Shown here one piece after another: positions 32,886 through 41,441 of a DNA stretch of 64,000 bases. Each line of letters starts with the position of its first letter. Within the stretch, counting starts at the first letter, position 1. Source of the stretch: Vulcanimicrobiota bacterium (GTDB taxonomy: Bacteria; Vulcanimicrobiota; Vulcanimicrobiia; Vulcanimicrobiales; Vulcanimicrobiaceae); assembly GCA_963777315.1 (NCBI GenBank), contig CAVZQC010000002.1:64001-128000 (forward strand), written 5' to 3'. A program made the translations under genes and the position numbers. The notes under the pieces were generated by a model that was not told the origin of the DNA, ran no database searches, and saw only the letters and a program-made list of their open reading frames with translations.

Positions 32886-34469
32886 TTACTTCGTCAGAGT
32901 CCACGTCGCTACGTTCCACAGCGGCGACTCCGGTGAGGGGCGAAATCCGCGCAATTCCTTGGGCGTGACGAAAACGGCGTTTCGCTGCCACAGCGCAAGG
33001 TATGGTAAGAGCAGCGCGACGCGGCGCTGCACGATCGACGCAAAGCGACGACGCGCGGCACGATCGTACGTCGCGACGCCGGCTGCTTCGGCCCGGTCGG
33101 TGGGGGCGTCGCAAAAGCGGCTCAAATTGAACCCGTGCGGCGCGGCTTGCGAGCACGCCAGATACCACTGCGTGTCCGGATCGGCCGGCGTCAATATCTC
33201 CGTAAACGCCATTTGAAATTTACCGCCGAAGATGGGGCCGCCGTCTGTGGCGGGCGCGACGAAAAGCGTCGGCGTGTACGATCGCGTGGACACCGTGATG
33301 CCCACCGCGCGAAGCGCTTGCTGCACTTGAACGGCCACCGATGCGCCGACGGCATTGCCGCTGACGTAGGCGAATTGCAGCGTGCTGGGACGCCCGGCAG
33401 CTTTCAACAGCTGCTTCGCGTCGGACGGACGGTACGCCGGAGTCGGAATTGACGGATCGTATCCCCAACTGAACAATCCGCGATTTGCTTCCTTCGTCGT
33501 CTGCGCCCCGCGTGTGGCGTTGTGCACGATTTGCGGAAGGTCGAGCGCCTCGGCCACGGCTTTACGCACGCGAACGTCGGTCAGCTTCGGATCCGTGACG
33601 TTGAAAAAGAAGTCGCCGATGCCTGCAATGGGGGTGCGCACCACCTTTACCGCCGGAATCGCTGCATATTCGCGCAGATACGCCGGATCGGCGCGGAGGT
33701 CCATGTCGACTTCCCCGGTGCGCAGCTCGTTCAAAATCGTGCTCGTGTCCGACACGAACTTCAAGGTTATTTCACCGATTGACGGCGCGCCTCCGTAGTA
33801 AGAGGGATTGCGAATCAGGCGCAAATGATCGCCGCGATCCCACTCCGCCACGCGATACGGGCCCGAGCCGATTGGCCGGGCGTTGTAGGGAGCATGGTTG
33901 ATGTTCGGATAGCGCGCCAGCAGATGAGCAGGCAGAATCCCGTAGTTCTGATTCGGCGCCAAAAACATCCCGAGAATAGGCGCGTACGGCGCTTTGAGCC
34001 GCACGCGCAACGTGTAAGGCCCGATGGCCTGGACGCTGCGGATGCGTTCGTAGCCGTCGCGCGACGGGACGTTATTTTCGGGGTTCATAACGGCGTGGTA
34101 AGAGAAAACGGCGTCGCGCGCGGTTAGGGACGTCCCGTCCTGCCACGTAACGTTCTTGCGCAGATGGTACGTAATGATCATACCATCGGCGGAAATGCCT
34201 TTGTTGGCCTGCGAAGGCACTTGCGTCGCGATGTCGGGCTGCAGGCTGCCGCGATCGTCGATCGTGAGCAGGTAGGAATACAGCAGCGGAACGATCGTTG
34301 CCGTGGATGCGCCTTCCATGAGGAGCGGATTGAGCGAAGGCGGTTCTTCGGGCTGCGCGAGGACCAGCCGCGTAACCCGATGCGTGCGATCGGTCCCCGA
34401 ACTGCAGGCTGAAGCTCCGAAGCAGAGCAGGGAAAGAGCGATCGCGACAAACGCAGCAGGCCGCGTCAC
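32886..34469 (-). CDS. Peptide ABC transporter substrate-binding lipoprotein (family 5)
   Basis: Lipobox ASAC; LRKNVTWQDG, PIGSGPY, DVRVRKAV; GTG start at 34469. Confidence 0.9.
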   Translation of the reverse strand: MTRPAAFVAIALSLLCFGASACSSGTDRTHRVTRLVLAQPEEPPSLNPLLMEGASTATIVPLLYSYLLTIDDRGSLQPDIATQVPSQANKGISADGMIITYHLRKNVTWQDGTSLTARDAVFSYHAVMNPENNVPSRDGYERIRSVQAIGPYTLRVRLKAPYAPILGMFLAPNQNYGILPAHLLARYPNINHAPYNARPIGSGPYRVAEWDRGDHLRLIRNPSYYGGAPSIGEITLKFVSDTSTILNELRTGEVDMDLRADPAYLREYAAIPAVKVVRTPIAGIGDFFFNVTDPKLTDVRVRKAVAEALDLPQIVHNATRGAQTTKEANRGLFSWGYDPSIPTPAYRPSDAKQLLKAAGRPSTLQFAYVSGNAVGASVAVQVQQALRAVGITVSTRSYTPTLFVAPATDGGPIFGGKFQMAFTEILTPADPDTQWYLACSQAAPHGFNLSRFCDAPTDRAEAAGVATYDRAARRRFASIVQRRVALLLPYLALWQRNAVFVTPKELRGFRPSPESPLWNVATWTLTK

Positions 34470-34476
34470 GTCGCGC

Positions 34477-36024
34477 TCATTTTGCCGCCGGAACCCGGGC
34501 GAACACCGCGTTCGGATCGCCTTCGATGCGGACGACGGATACTCTGCCGAACGGATCGATCTCAAACGTCACCAGCGGACGCAGCAGTTCATCGGTGTTC
34601 GGGACCAGCAGCCGGAAAGAATCCTGATTGAAATGCTCGAGGTCTGCATCGTAACCGAGCATGCGGAAATGCAGCTTGCCGCCGATCAACGTAACCGTCG
34701 CATTCCCGTAGAGATCGTCGTGGTAGGTCCCTGCATACTTGCTCAGAGGCAAGCTCGGATTCGGTCTATATGAAACGATGCGCTCGGATTGCTTCACGGC
34801 CGCGAGCGACTTGGCGTAGAACGCCTGATAGGCGGAATGCAGCTCGGCGCTCCAGTCTCGCGGAGCCGCATTGAGCGTTTCGTCCCAAAAGCGGTTCATG
34901 ATGGCGGTCGTCGCGAAATTGTCCCCCTTGTTGGTGAGGATGACGATTCCGGCGCGCTCGTCCGGAAGAAGCCCGACCATCGCGGTCATGCCGTCGACGT
35001 TGCCCGCATGCTGGATGGCTTTGTGTCCGCGGTAGTCGTCCAAAATCCAACCCATGCCGTAGTCCATGAAGTGCGATATGGGACCGAAAAACGTCCACGG
35101 AATCTCGAGCGGCATGATCGTTTCCGGAGCCCACATATCGCCCAACGTTTTCGCCTGCAGCAGGCGGTGTCCGCGGTACGTGCCCCCGTTCAGCAGCATT
35201 TCCAGCCAATGCGACATGTCGATCGCGTTGCTGTTGATTCCGCCGGCGGGCGCGATATTGTTCAGATTGTCGGGCGGCACTTTTCGCAGCTTGCCATCGA
35301 CGACGTCGTGCGGCGCGGCGACGTCGCTCGCGGCCTTCAGGCCGTCATAAGTCGTCGTCGACGACGTCATTGCGAGCGGAACGAATATTCTGTTATGGAC
35401 AAAGGTGTCCCAGCTCATTCCGGTTACTGCAGGCACGATCTGTCCGGCCGTAAGCACCATGTTGTTGTTGTATTCGAAGCGGGCGCGAAAGCTGTATGCA
35501 GGCGGCAGATACCGCAACCTTCGGACTATCTGGTCGCGGCTCAAATCGCTATTGGCCCACAGCTCGTCGGCTCGTGCGAGCCCCGTACGATGGCTGAGCG
35601 CGTCCCGAATCGTGACTTCCCGCGTGACCCACGGATCGTACATTTGAAACCACGCAAGCCGGTCGATGATGCGATCGTCCCATGAAATCTTTTTTTCGTC
35701 GACGAGCATGCCGAGCGCAGCGACGGTAAAAGCCTTCGAACTGGAACCGATCTGGAAGATTGTCTTGCTATCGACCGGCGCGGGATTCCCGAGCGCTCGG
35801 ACGCCGTACCCTTTGACGTAAACGCGGCCGTCGCGGACGATGGCGATCGAGAGTCCCGGAATGCCCCAATCATGCATTGCCTTGAGCACGTAGGCATCGA
35901 AGCCGGCGGACACCACCGGCGTAGCGTCGGGCGCGCCGGCCGCCCGCGCGGACAACGCTCCAAGACCGAAGAAAACGGCCAGGAAAGCGGCCATGCACCG
36001 CCGCGTCGTTAAAGCAATGCTCAT
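34477..36024 (-). CDS. Secreted beta-lactamase-family serine hydrolase with DUF3471
   Basis: GSSSK, SHRTG, YNN, HAG; signal peptide. Confidence 0.88.
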   Translation of the reverse strand: MSIALTTRRCMAAFLAVFFGLGALSARAAGAPDATPVVSAGFDAYVLKAMHDWGIPGLSIAIVRDGRVYVKGYGVRALGNPAPVDSKTIFQIGSSSKAFTVAALGMLVDEKKISWDDRIIDRLAWFQMYDPWVTREVTIRDALSHRTGLARADELWANSDLSRDQIVRRLRYLPPAYSFRARFEYNNNMVLTAGQIVPAVTGMSWDTFVHNRIFVPLAMTSSTTTYDGLKAASDVAAPHDVVDGKLRKVPPDNLNNIAPAGGINSNAIDMSHWLEMLLNGGTYRGHRLLQAKTLGDMWAPETIMPLEIPWTFFGPISHFMDYGMGWILDDYRGHKAIQHAGNVDGMTAMVGLLPDERAGIVILTNKGDNFATTAIMNRFWDETLNAAPRDWSAELHSAYQAFYAKSLAAVKQSERIVSYRPNPSLPLSKYAGTYHDDLYGNATVTLIGGKLHFRMLGYDADLEHFNQDSFRLLVPNTDELLRPLVTFEIDPFGRVSVVRIEGDPNAVFARVPAAK

Positions 36025-37775
36025 CACGGCAAGTCGATCCGATACAGCTCGAAGCCGTCTTCCCATAGGCGCTGCATCTTGCCGGCCGCCGGAGTGTCGA
36101 AACGAATCGTCGTCGAGCCCACGGTAAACCCTCCGTCTTTGCGCGGCGTAAGAGGCGCGCCGTCAAGCATCAAATGCCCTTTGAGGACGAACACTCGGCT
36201 TGCGGCGGCCGTTCCCCACACGCCCAAACTTTCGTAGCGGCCTATCAATGCATTCCAGGCGTGCGGATACGAGAAGCTTCGTGCGCCGGTGTATGCCGGC
36301 GTTGCGTACCACAGGTCCCCCGACGTCACTTGATCCATCGCGCCCGTCTTGCCGCTGCGCGAAAACGATAGACCGAAGATCTGAAATCGCGGATCGTCGA
36401 CGTAAAAGGTTGCGCCGCCTCGCGGATAGAGCACTTTAGCGCCCCCGGGATCCTGCAGTTTCAAGCTCGTGCCGTCGGTAGTGACCACCACGCTCGAACC
36501 GTCAGGTGCCGTGTACGTGCCCGCATAGCTCGCGGCGTCTGGAACGTTCGTGCGCTGCAGGTAGTTGCCCATGGAGGGCGGCAGGGGCGGCAGCGGGCTC
36601 CCTGCGCCTTGCGCTTGCAGAACTTTGATTGCATAGAGCACAATGGCACAGGGATGGAGCGGCGCTTCGACCAGATTCGACATCGCAATGACGCCGAAGC
36701 CGCGCGTCACGTCATTTTCCATGCAGGCCGAATATCCGGCGATTCCGCCGGTATGCCCCACGATCGTATCGCCGTTCTCCTGGTGAACGGCCAAACCGAA
36801 AGCGTAGTGCTCGTACATCTGCGGCGCTTCCTCGAGTTCGGGCGAGACCTGTCCGGCGACTTTGCCGTTCGTCGAATCCGGCGTCGTCCACAAGGCATAG
36901 CTCGACGGCGACACGACGCGCCGCCCGGAGTCGCTCACCCCCTGATTTAAAATCACCCGCATGTACTTTGCCATGTCTTCGGGCGTTGAGATAACCGAGC
37001 CGGCAGGATCGATGTAATCCCCCGGCAGCGAGTACACCAGTGGCGGACTGGGCGGCGTAATGCGATTCGTATCTTGAAAGACGTACCCGTAGGCTGCGTC
37101 GGCGAGCGTTTCCGGCGTGAACACCGCGCTGCTGTGCGCCATGCCCAGCGCGTCGAACACGCGTGCCTGCAGCGAATCGGCCCAGGGTTTTCCATCGAGC
37201 GCGGCTTGAATCGCACCCACCGTCGCAAGCCCGTCGTTGGAATATGACCAACTCGCGCCGGGATTAAATATCGTGTGCGCGTTCCGCAGCGCTGCCACCG
37301 TATAGAGATAGCCCGGCGCAATCGAAAAATCGTCCGGGAAACCGGCGGTGTGCGAGAGCAGCTGATGAGCGTAAACGACCTTGCCGCCTGAGTGAATCGA
37401 GAACCACGGCAGATAGGTGCGCACTGGTTTGGCTGGGTCGAATTTGCCTTCGTCGCGCAGTTCCATAAGTGCCAGCGCCGTCATGCCCTTACTAATGGAA
37501 CCTATGGGAAAGCGCGTGGAACCCGTGACCGGAGTCTTCGCCTCGAGATTCGCATAGCCGAGCGTAATGATGCGCAGCGTGTGACGACGATCGGTGATCG
37601 CGACCGACATCCCCGGTGCGCCTTGTTCCTGCAAGGCTTGTGGGGCGTAGGCTTCGATGTTTCTGAGCGCATCGTCCATGCTGGGCGGCTGCGCGGCGAT
37701 TGCGGGCACGATGCTGGAAAACGCTGCGGCGACGGCGATGCCTGCAGCGATTCTACGGTACAGAGAACTGCGCAT
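36024..37775 (-). CDS. Secreted beta-lactamase-family serine hydrolase
   Basis: GSISK, LLSHTAG, YSN, HTGG; signal peptide. Confidence 0.88.
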   Translation of the reverse strand: MRSSLYRRIAAGIAVAAAFSSIVPAIAAQPPSMDDALRNIEAYAPQALQEQGAPGMSVAITDRRHTLRIITLGYANLEAKTPVTGSTRFPIGSISKGMTALALMELRDEGKFDPAKPVRTYLPWFSIHSGGKVVYAHQLLSHTAGFPDDFSIAPGYLYTVAALRNAHTIFNPGASWSYSNDGLATVGAIQAALDGKPWADSLQARVFDALGMAHSSAVFTPETLADAAYGYVFQDTNRITPPSPPLVYSLPGDYIDPAGSVISTPEDMAKYMRVILNQGVSDSGRRVVSPSSYALWTTPDSTNGKVAGQVSPELEEAPQMYEHYAFGLAVHQENGDTIVGHTGGIAGYSACMENDVTRGFGVIAMSNLVEAPLHPCAIVLYAIKVLQAQGAGSPLPPLPPSMGNYLQRTNVPDAASYAGTYTAPDGSSVVVTTDGTSLKLQDPGGAKVLYPRGGATFYVDDPRFQIFGLSFSRSGKTGAMDQVTSGDLWYATPAYTGARSFSYPHAWNALIGRYESLGVWGTAAASRVFVLKGHLMLDGAPLTPRKDGGFTVGSTTIRFDTPAAGKMQRLWEDGFELYRIDLP

Positions 37776-39123
37776 GTTCCTCCTCGTTCGGCTGCGCGAT
37801 CGGCGATACGACGACTCTTGCGGGCGCTCGGCGCCACAAGAGATAGATTGGTATGCCGGAAAAGAAAATTCCTAGACCTACGAGTGAATCACGCGGAAAC
37901 GCGACGTACGCGTTGATCACGAAAACGGCGCTCACGCCGGCAAAGAACAGCGTGCTCCACGGATGTCCCGGAATGCACCAGCCCGGCGTGCGTTTGCGCG
38001 CATCGCGCCGGCGAAAAATAAATACCGCCGCGGCCGCGAGGGTCATATATAGGAAGTCCATCGGCGTGACATAGTTGAGGATGCGCTGGTAGCTTCCCCA
38101 GCCGACGATGACTCCGGCAACGGCGCATTGCAGTGCAATCGCTACGATCGGCGTCTTTGCTTTGGGATGCAAGTACGCGAGTTGTTTGAAAAACACCCCG
38201 TCGCGCGCCATCGTATAGTATAAGCGCGGAATGGTCAGCGCCATATTCCCCAAAAAACCCAGCGTGGAGAGCGCGATGAACGCGGCTACTATCCCTTCCC
38301 CAGGGCCGCCGACGACCATCTTCACCATGTCGGTTGCCGGTGTCGGTGTCTGCGCCAGCCCCTGCGCTCCAAGCATTCGCAAACCGCCAAGCGTTACGGC
38401 CAGATACAGGACGACGACGCCGATAACGCCGAGCACCAGCCCTACGGGCAGCGCGCGTTGCGATTCCTTCATTTCACAGTCCATGTACGGCGCGGTTTGC
38501 CAGCCGTCGTACGAATAAAAGACCGGGATGAGCGCGGCGCCGAGCGCGGCCAGCATGCTCAGCGAACCCATGGACGCCGGCAGCACGACATGCTGATGGT
38601 GCCCCGGCGGGCCGAAGAATCCCGCGGCGATGATTAGCGCGATTGCGCCGATCTTCATGATCATCATCACGTTCTGCGTCACGACGCCTTGCCGCACGCC
38701 AAAACAGTTTACGAGCCCGGTCGCGAGGATCGCGGCAACCGCCAGCAATCGCACGTCGAACGGAAGCCACAGATGCGCATACGTGCCGAAAGTCACCGCA
38801 ACGGCCGCGATCGCGCCGCTCTCGCTCACGAGCAGCGCAGTCCATCCGGACATAAACGCAAGACCCGGATGATAGGCGTCGCGCAAATATCCGTACATCC
38901 CGCCGACATTCGGTCTGCGCGCCGCCAATTCGGCAAACACGAACGCGCCAATCAAGGCGATGACGCCGCCCAGCAGCCACGCGAACACGATCAGGCCCGT
39001 GGAGTGCAAGCGCTGCGCAACGACCGAAGGATTCATGAAAATGCCGGACGCGATGATGCCGCCCATCACGATGAGCGTAGCGTCGAAAGGGCCCAGTCGT
39101 TTGACGAGGTGCGGCCGGCTCAC
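37753..39123 (-). CDS. APC-family amino acid permease
   Basis: About 12 TM helices; GGIIASGIF, FAELAARRP..GG.Y, YDGW. Confidence 0.92.
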   Translation of the reverse strand: MSRPHLVKRLGPFDATLIVMGGIIASGIFMNPSVVAQRLHSTGLIVFAWLLGGVIALIGAFVFAELAARRPNVGGMYGYLRDAYHPGLAFMSGWTALLVSESGAIAAVAVTFGTYAHLWLPFDVRLLAVAAILATGLVNCFGVRQGVVTQNVMMIMKIGAIALIIAAGFFGPPGHHQHVVLPASMGSLSMLAALGAALIPVFYSYDGWQTAPYMDCEMKESQRALPVGLVLGVIGVVVLYLAVTLGGLRMLGAQGLAQTPTPATDMVKMVVGGPGEGIVAAFIALSTLGFLGNMALTIPRLYYTMARDGVFFKQLAYLHPKAKTPIVAIALQCAVAGVIVGWGSYQRILNYVTPMDFLYMTLAAAAVFIFRRRDARKRTPGWCIPGHPWSTLFFAGVSAVFVINAYVAFPRDSLVGLGIFFSGIPIYLLWRRAPARVVVSPIAQPNEEEHAQFSVP

Positions 39124-39170
39124 TGCCGTAGCGTTACCTGGTCTCAGCCGTAGTTCCTCGCGCTACTGCG

Positions 39171-39270
39171 CGAAATATCGCCCATGCTGCTGAAATATCG
39201 GCACTTAATGCGTAGGTGGACCGCCGGCAGGTCGCCGAAATTCCGTCCTGGAAGGCGAAATTCTGTCCTG
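39171..39270. promoter_or_regulatory. Two pairs of 20-bp-period direct repeats in a divergent promoter region
   Basis: GAAATATCG at 39172 and 39192; CGAAATTC(C/T)GTCCTG at 39236 and 39256. Confidence 0.65.
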
Positions 39271-39304
39271 CTCCCCCGCACGGATTTTAGAGAAAGGCAC
39301 CCGG

Positions 39305-40318
39305 ATGCACCGCACCTCGAACGCCGTCGCCGTGAACGCAACACTCGAACGCTGGCCGCTGCGCTATCCGTTTCGCATAACCGGCTACGAATGGACCCAG
39401 ACGGAGGTGCTGGTCGTGGAGGTGGAAAGCAGCGGCTTGCGCGGCCGGGGCGAAGCCTGCGGCGTCTACTACAAAAACGACACGCCCGAAAGCGCTTTGG
39501 CGCAAGTACGAGAGGTATCCAACGACCTTGCCGGCGGAGCCGGACGCCGGGAGCTGCAGGCGCTGCTGCCCCCGGGCGGCGCTCGCAACGCCCTCGATTG
39601 CGCGCTCTGGGATTTGGAAGCCAAACACTCGGGAACTCCGGTGTGGCGGTTGGCGGGTCTCGAGTCGCCGCGACCGCTTCTCACGACCTACACCTTGGGC
39701 GCGGACGTTCCGGAAACCATGGCGCAACGTGCTCGCGATTTCGCCGGCGCGCGCGCACTTAAACTCAAGCTGACGGGTGACGGCAACGACAAAGCGCGCG
39801 TTCTGGCGGTCCGCGCGGCGCGACCGGACGTGTGGCTGGCCGTGGATGCGAATCAAGGCTTTACCGCCGAATCACTCGAGCAGCTAATGCCGGCGCTGAC
39901 TGCAGCGCGAGTCGAACTCATCGAACAGCCGTTTCCAATCGGCCGCGAAGGCGATCTCGACGGGTTCGAATCGGAGATTCCGATCGCGGCGGACGAAAGC
40001 GCGCAAAGCATGGCCGATCTCGCCGGCCTCGTCGGACGCTTCAAAGTCGTAAACATCAAGCTGGACAAGTGCGGAGGACTTACGCACGCGCTCGAGATGG
40101 AAGCCGAGGCGCGCCGTCTGGGCCTAAAGGTGATGGTCGGCAACATGTCCGGAACCTCACTTGCGATGGCGCCCGCCTTTGTGCTGGGGCAACGGTGCGA
40201 TGTAACGGATCTTGACGGGCCGTTGGTGCTGCAGCGCGACCGGCAACCGGGCGTCAGTTACGAGCGCGGCTGCATTTGGTGTCCCGAGGAAGTATGGGGC
40301 GCAGGAGCGATACGTTGA
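39305..40318 (+). CDS. Enolase-superfamily dipeptide epimerase / N-acyl-D-amino acid racemase (L-Ala-D/L-Glu epimerase, DgcA-like)
   Basis: KLK, VDANQ, EQP, ADES, KLDKCGG, DLDG. Confidence 0.9.
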   Translation: MHRTSNAVAVNATLERWPLRYPFRITGYEWTQTEVLVVEVESSGLRGRGEACGVYYKNDTPESALAQVREVSNDLAGGAGRRELQALLPPGGARNALDCALWDLEAKHSGTPVWRLAGLESPRPLLTTYTLGADVPETMAQRARDFAGARALKLKLTGDGNDKARVLAVRAARPDVWLAVDANQGFTAESLEQLMPALTAARVELIEQPFPIGREGDLDGFESEIPIAADESAQSMADLAGLVGRFKVVNIKLDKCGGLTHALEMEAEARRLGLKVMVGNMSGTSLAMAPAFVLGQRCDVTDLDGPLVLQRDRQPGVSYERGCIWCPEEVWGAGAIR

Positions 40319-41436
40319 GAGCGTTGATTGCGGCGATTCTTACGCTCGCGGCCGGCACCGCTGCGCAAGCACACCCGTTCACCCCGGCCCAAACCGCAAA
40401 CTTTAACCGCATCGTCGCTCGCGCAATGGCGCAGGAGCATATTGCCGGGCTCGAGCTCGGAATTGGGAGAAAGGGCAAAGTGCTGTTTGCCCACGGTTAT
40501 GGACTGCGTGACCGCCAACGCCGTTTGCCGGTGACGGCGCAAACGGTGTTTCCAATCGGCTCTATCACCAAGCAGTTTTCGTCGACTGCGGCGCTCCTGC
40601 TGACCGAGCGGGGCCGGCTCACTCTCGACGCGCCGGTCGCACGGTATCTTCCACGCGCGCCGCATGCGAGCGAGATCACCGTGCGCGAATTGCTCGATCA
40701 AACCAGCGGCTTGCCCGACTATTTGGAGAACAAACCGCTTCTTGCGGCTATTTTTAAAGGCACTGCCGGACCGAGCTCGACCGCGAGTTTGGTGGGGCTC
40801 GTGCGCGGCATGCCGCTGCACTTCAAGCCCGGCACAAAGTACGAGTACAGCAACACGAACTACGCGCTCGTCGGAATGCTGATAGCCCGCGTTTCGGGAA
40901 TGTCGTACCCGCAGTTCGTCGAGCAGCACATTTTCGATCCGCTGGATTTGACGTCGATGCAATACCTGCGGACGTCGATTCCGGCGGGCGATGACGCAGC
41001 CAACGGCTACAATTATCAAAAAGGGCGCTTTTTGGTCATTCCACGAGAATCGATGGATTGGGCGAATGCGGCCGGAGCGCTCGCGTCGACCGTGACGGAC
41101 CTCATTCACTGGGACGGCGCGTATTTCGGCAATCGCATTTTGCCGGCTCGCCTGGTGCGCGTCGCGACGACGCCGCCCGCGCACATCCCCATGGTCACGT
41201 CGAAGGATCAAAAGAACAATCTGGGCGTAGGTTACGCATTCGGATGGGCGCGCGGATATTTCGATTCGCGTCCCGTAATCTGGCACAACGGCGGCCTTCC
41301 CGGCGCCCGCGCGATGAATCTGGTGTACCCGCGGGACGGTTTGGAAATCGAAGTGCTTACCAACGTCACCGATGCGTCGCCGGAGGTCATTGCGCTCAGA
41401 ATCGCACGCGCGATCTACCAAGCTTCGACCCGCTAA
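40315..41436 (+). CDS. Secreted beta-lactamase-family serine hydrolase
   Basis: GSITK, LLDQTSGL, YSNTNY, HNGG; TTG start overlaps the upstream stop. Confidence 0.88.
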   Translation: MRALIAAILTLAAGTAAQAHPFTPAQTANFNRIVARAMAQEHIAGLELGIGRKGKVLFAHGYGLRDRQRRLPVTAQTVFPIGSITKQFSSTAALLLTERGRLTLDAPVARYLPRAPHASEITVRELLDQTSGLPDYLENKPLLAAIFKGTAGPSSTASLVGLVRGMPLHFKPGTKYEYSNTNYALVGMLIARVSGMSYPQFVEQHIFDPLDLTSMQYLRTSIPAGDDAANGYNYQKGRFLVIPRESMDWANAAGALASTVTDLIHWDGAYFGNRILPARLVRVATTPPAHIPMVTSKDQKNNLGVGYAFGWARGYFDSRPVIWHNGGLPGARAMNLVYPRDGLEIEVLTNVTDASPEVIALRIARAIYQASTR

Positions 41437-41441
41437 GACCG

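Noticed and set aside
28216..41436. Beta-lactam resistance island
   Set aside because: These enzymes have HxG rather than the AmpC KTG motif, carry extra domains and sit in a catabolic context with no mobile element.
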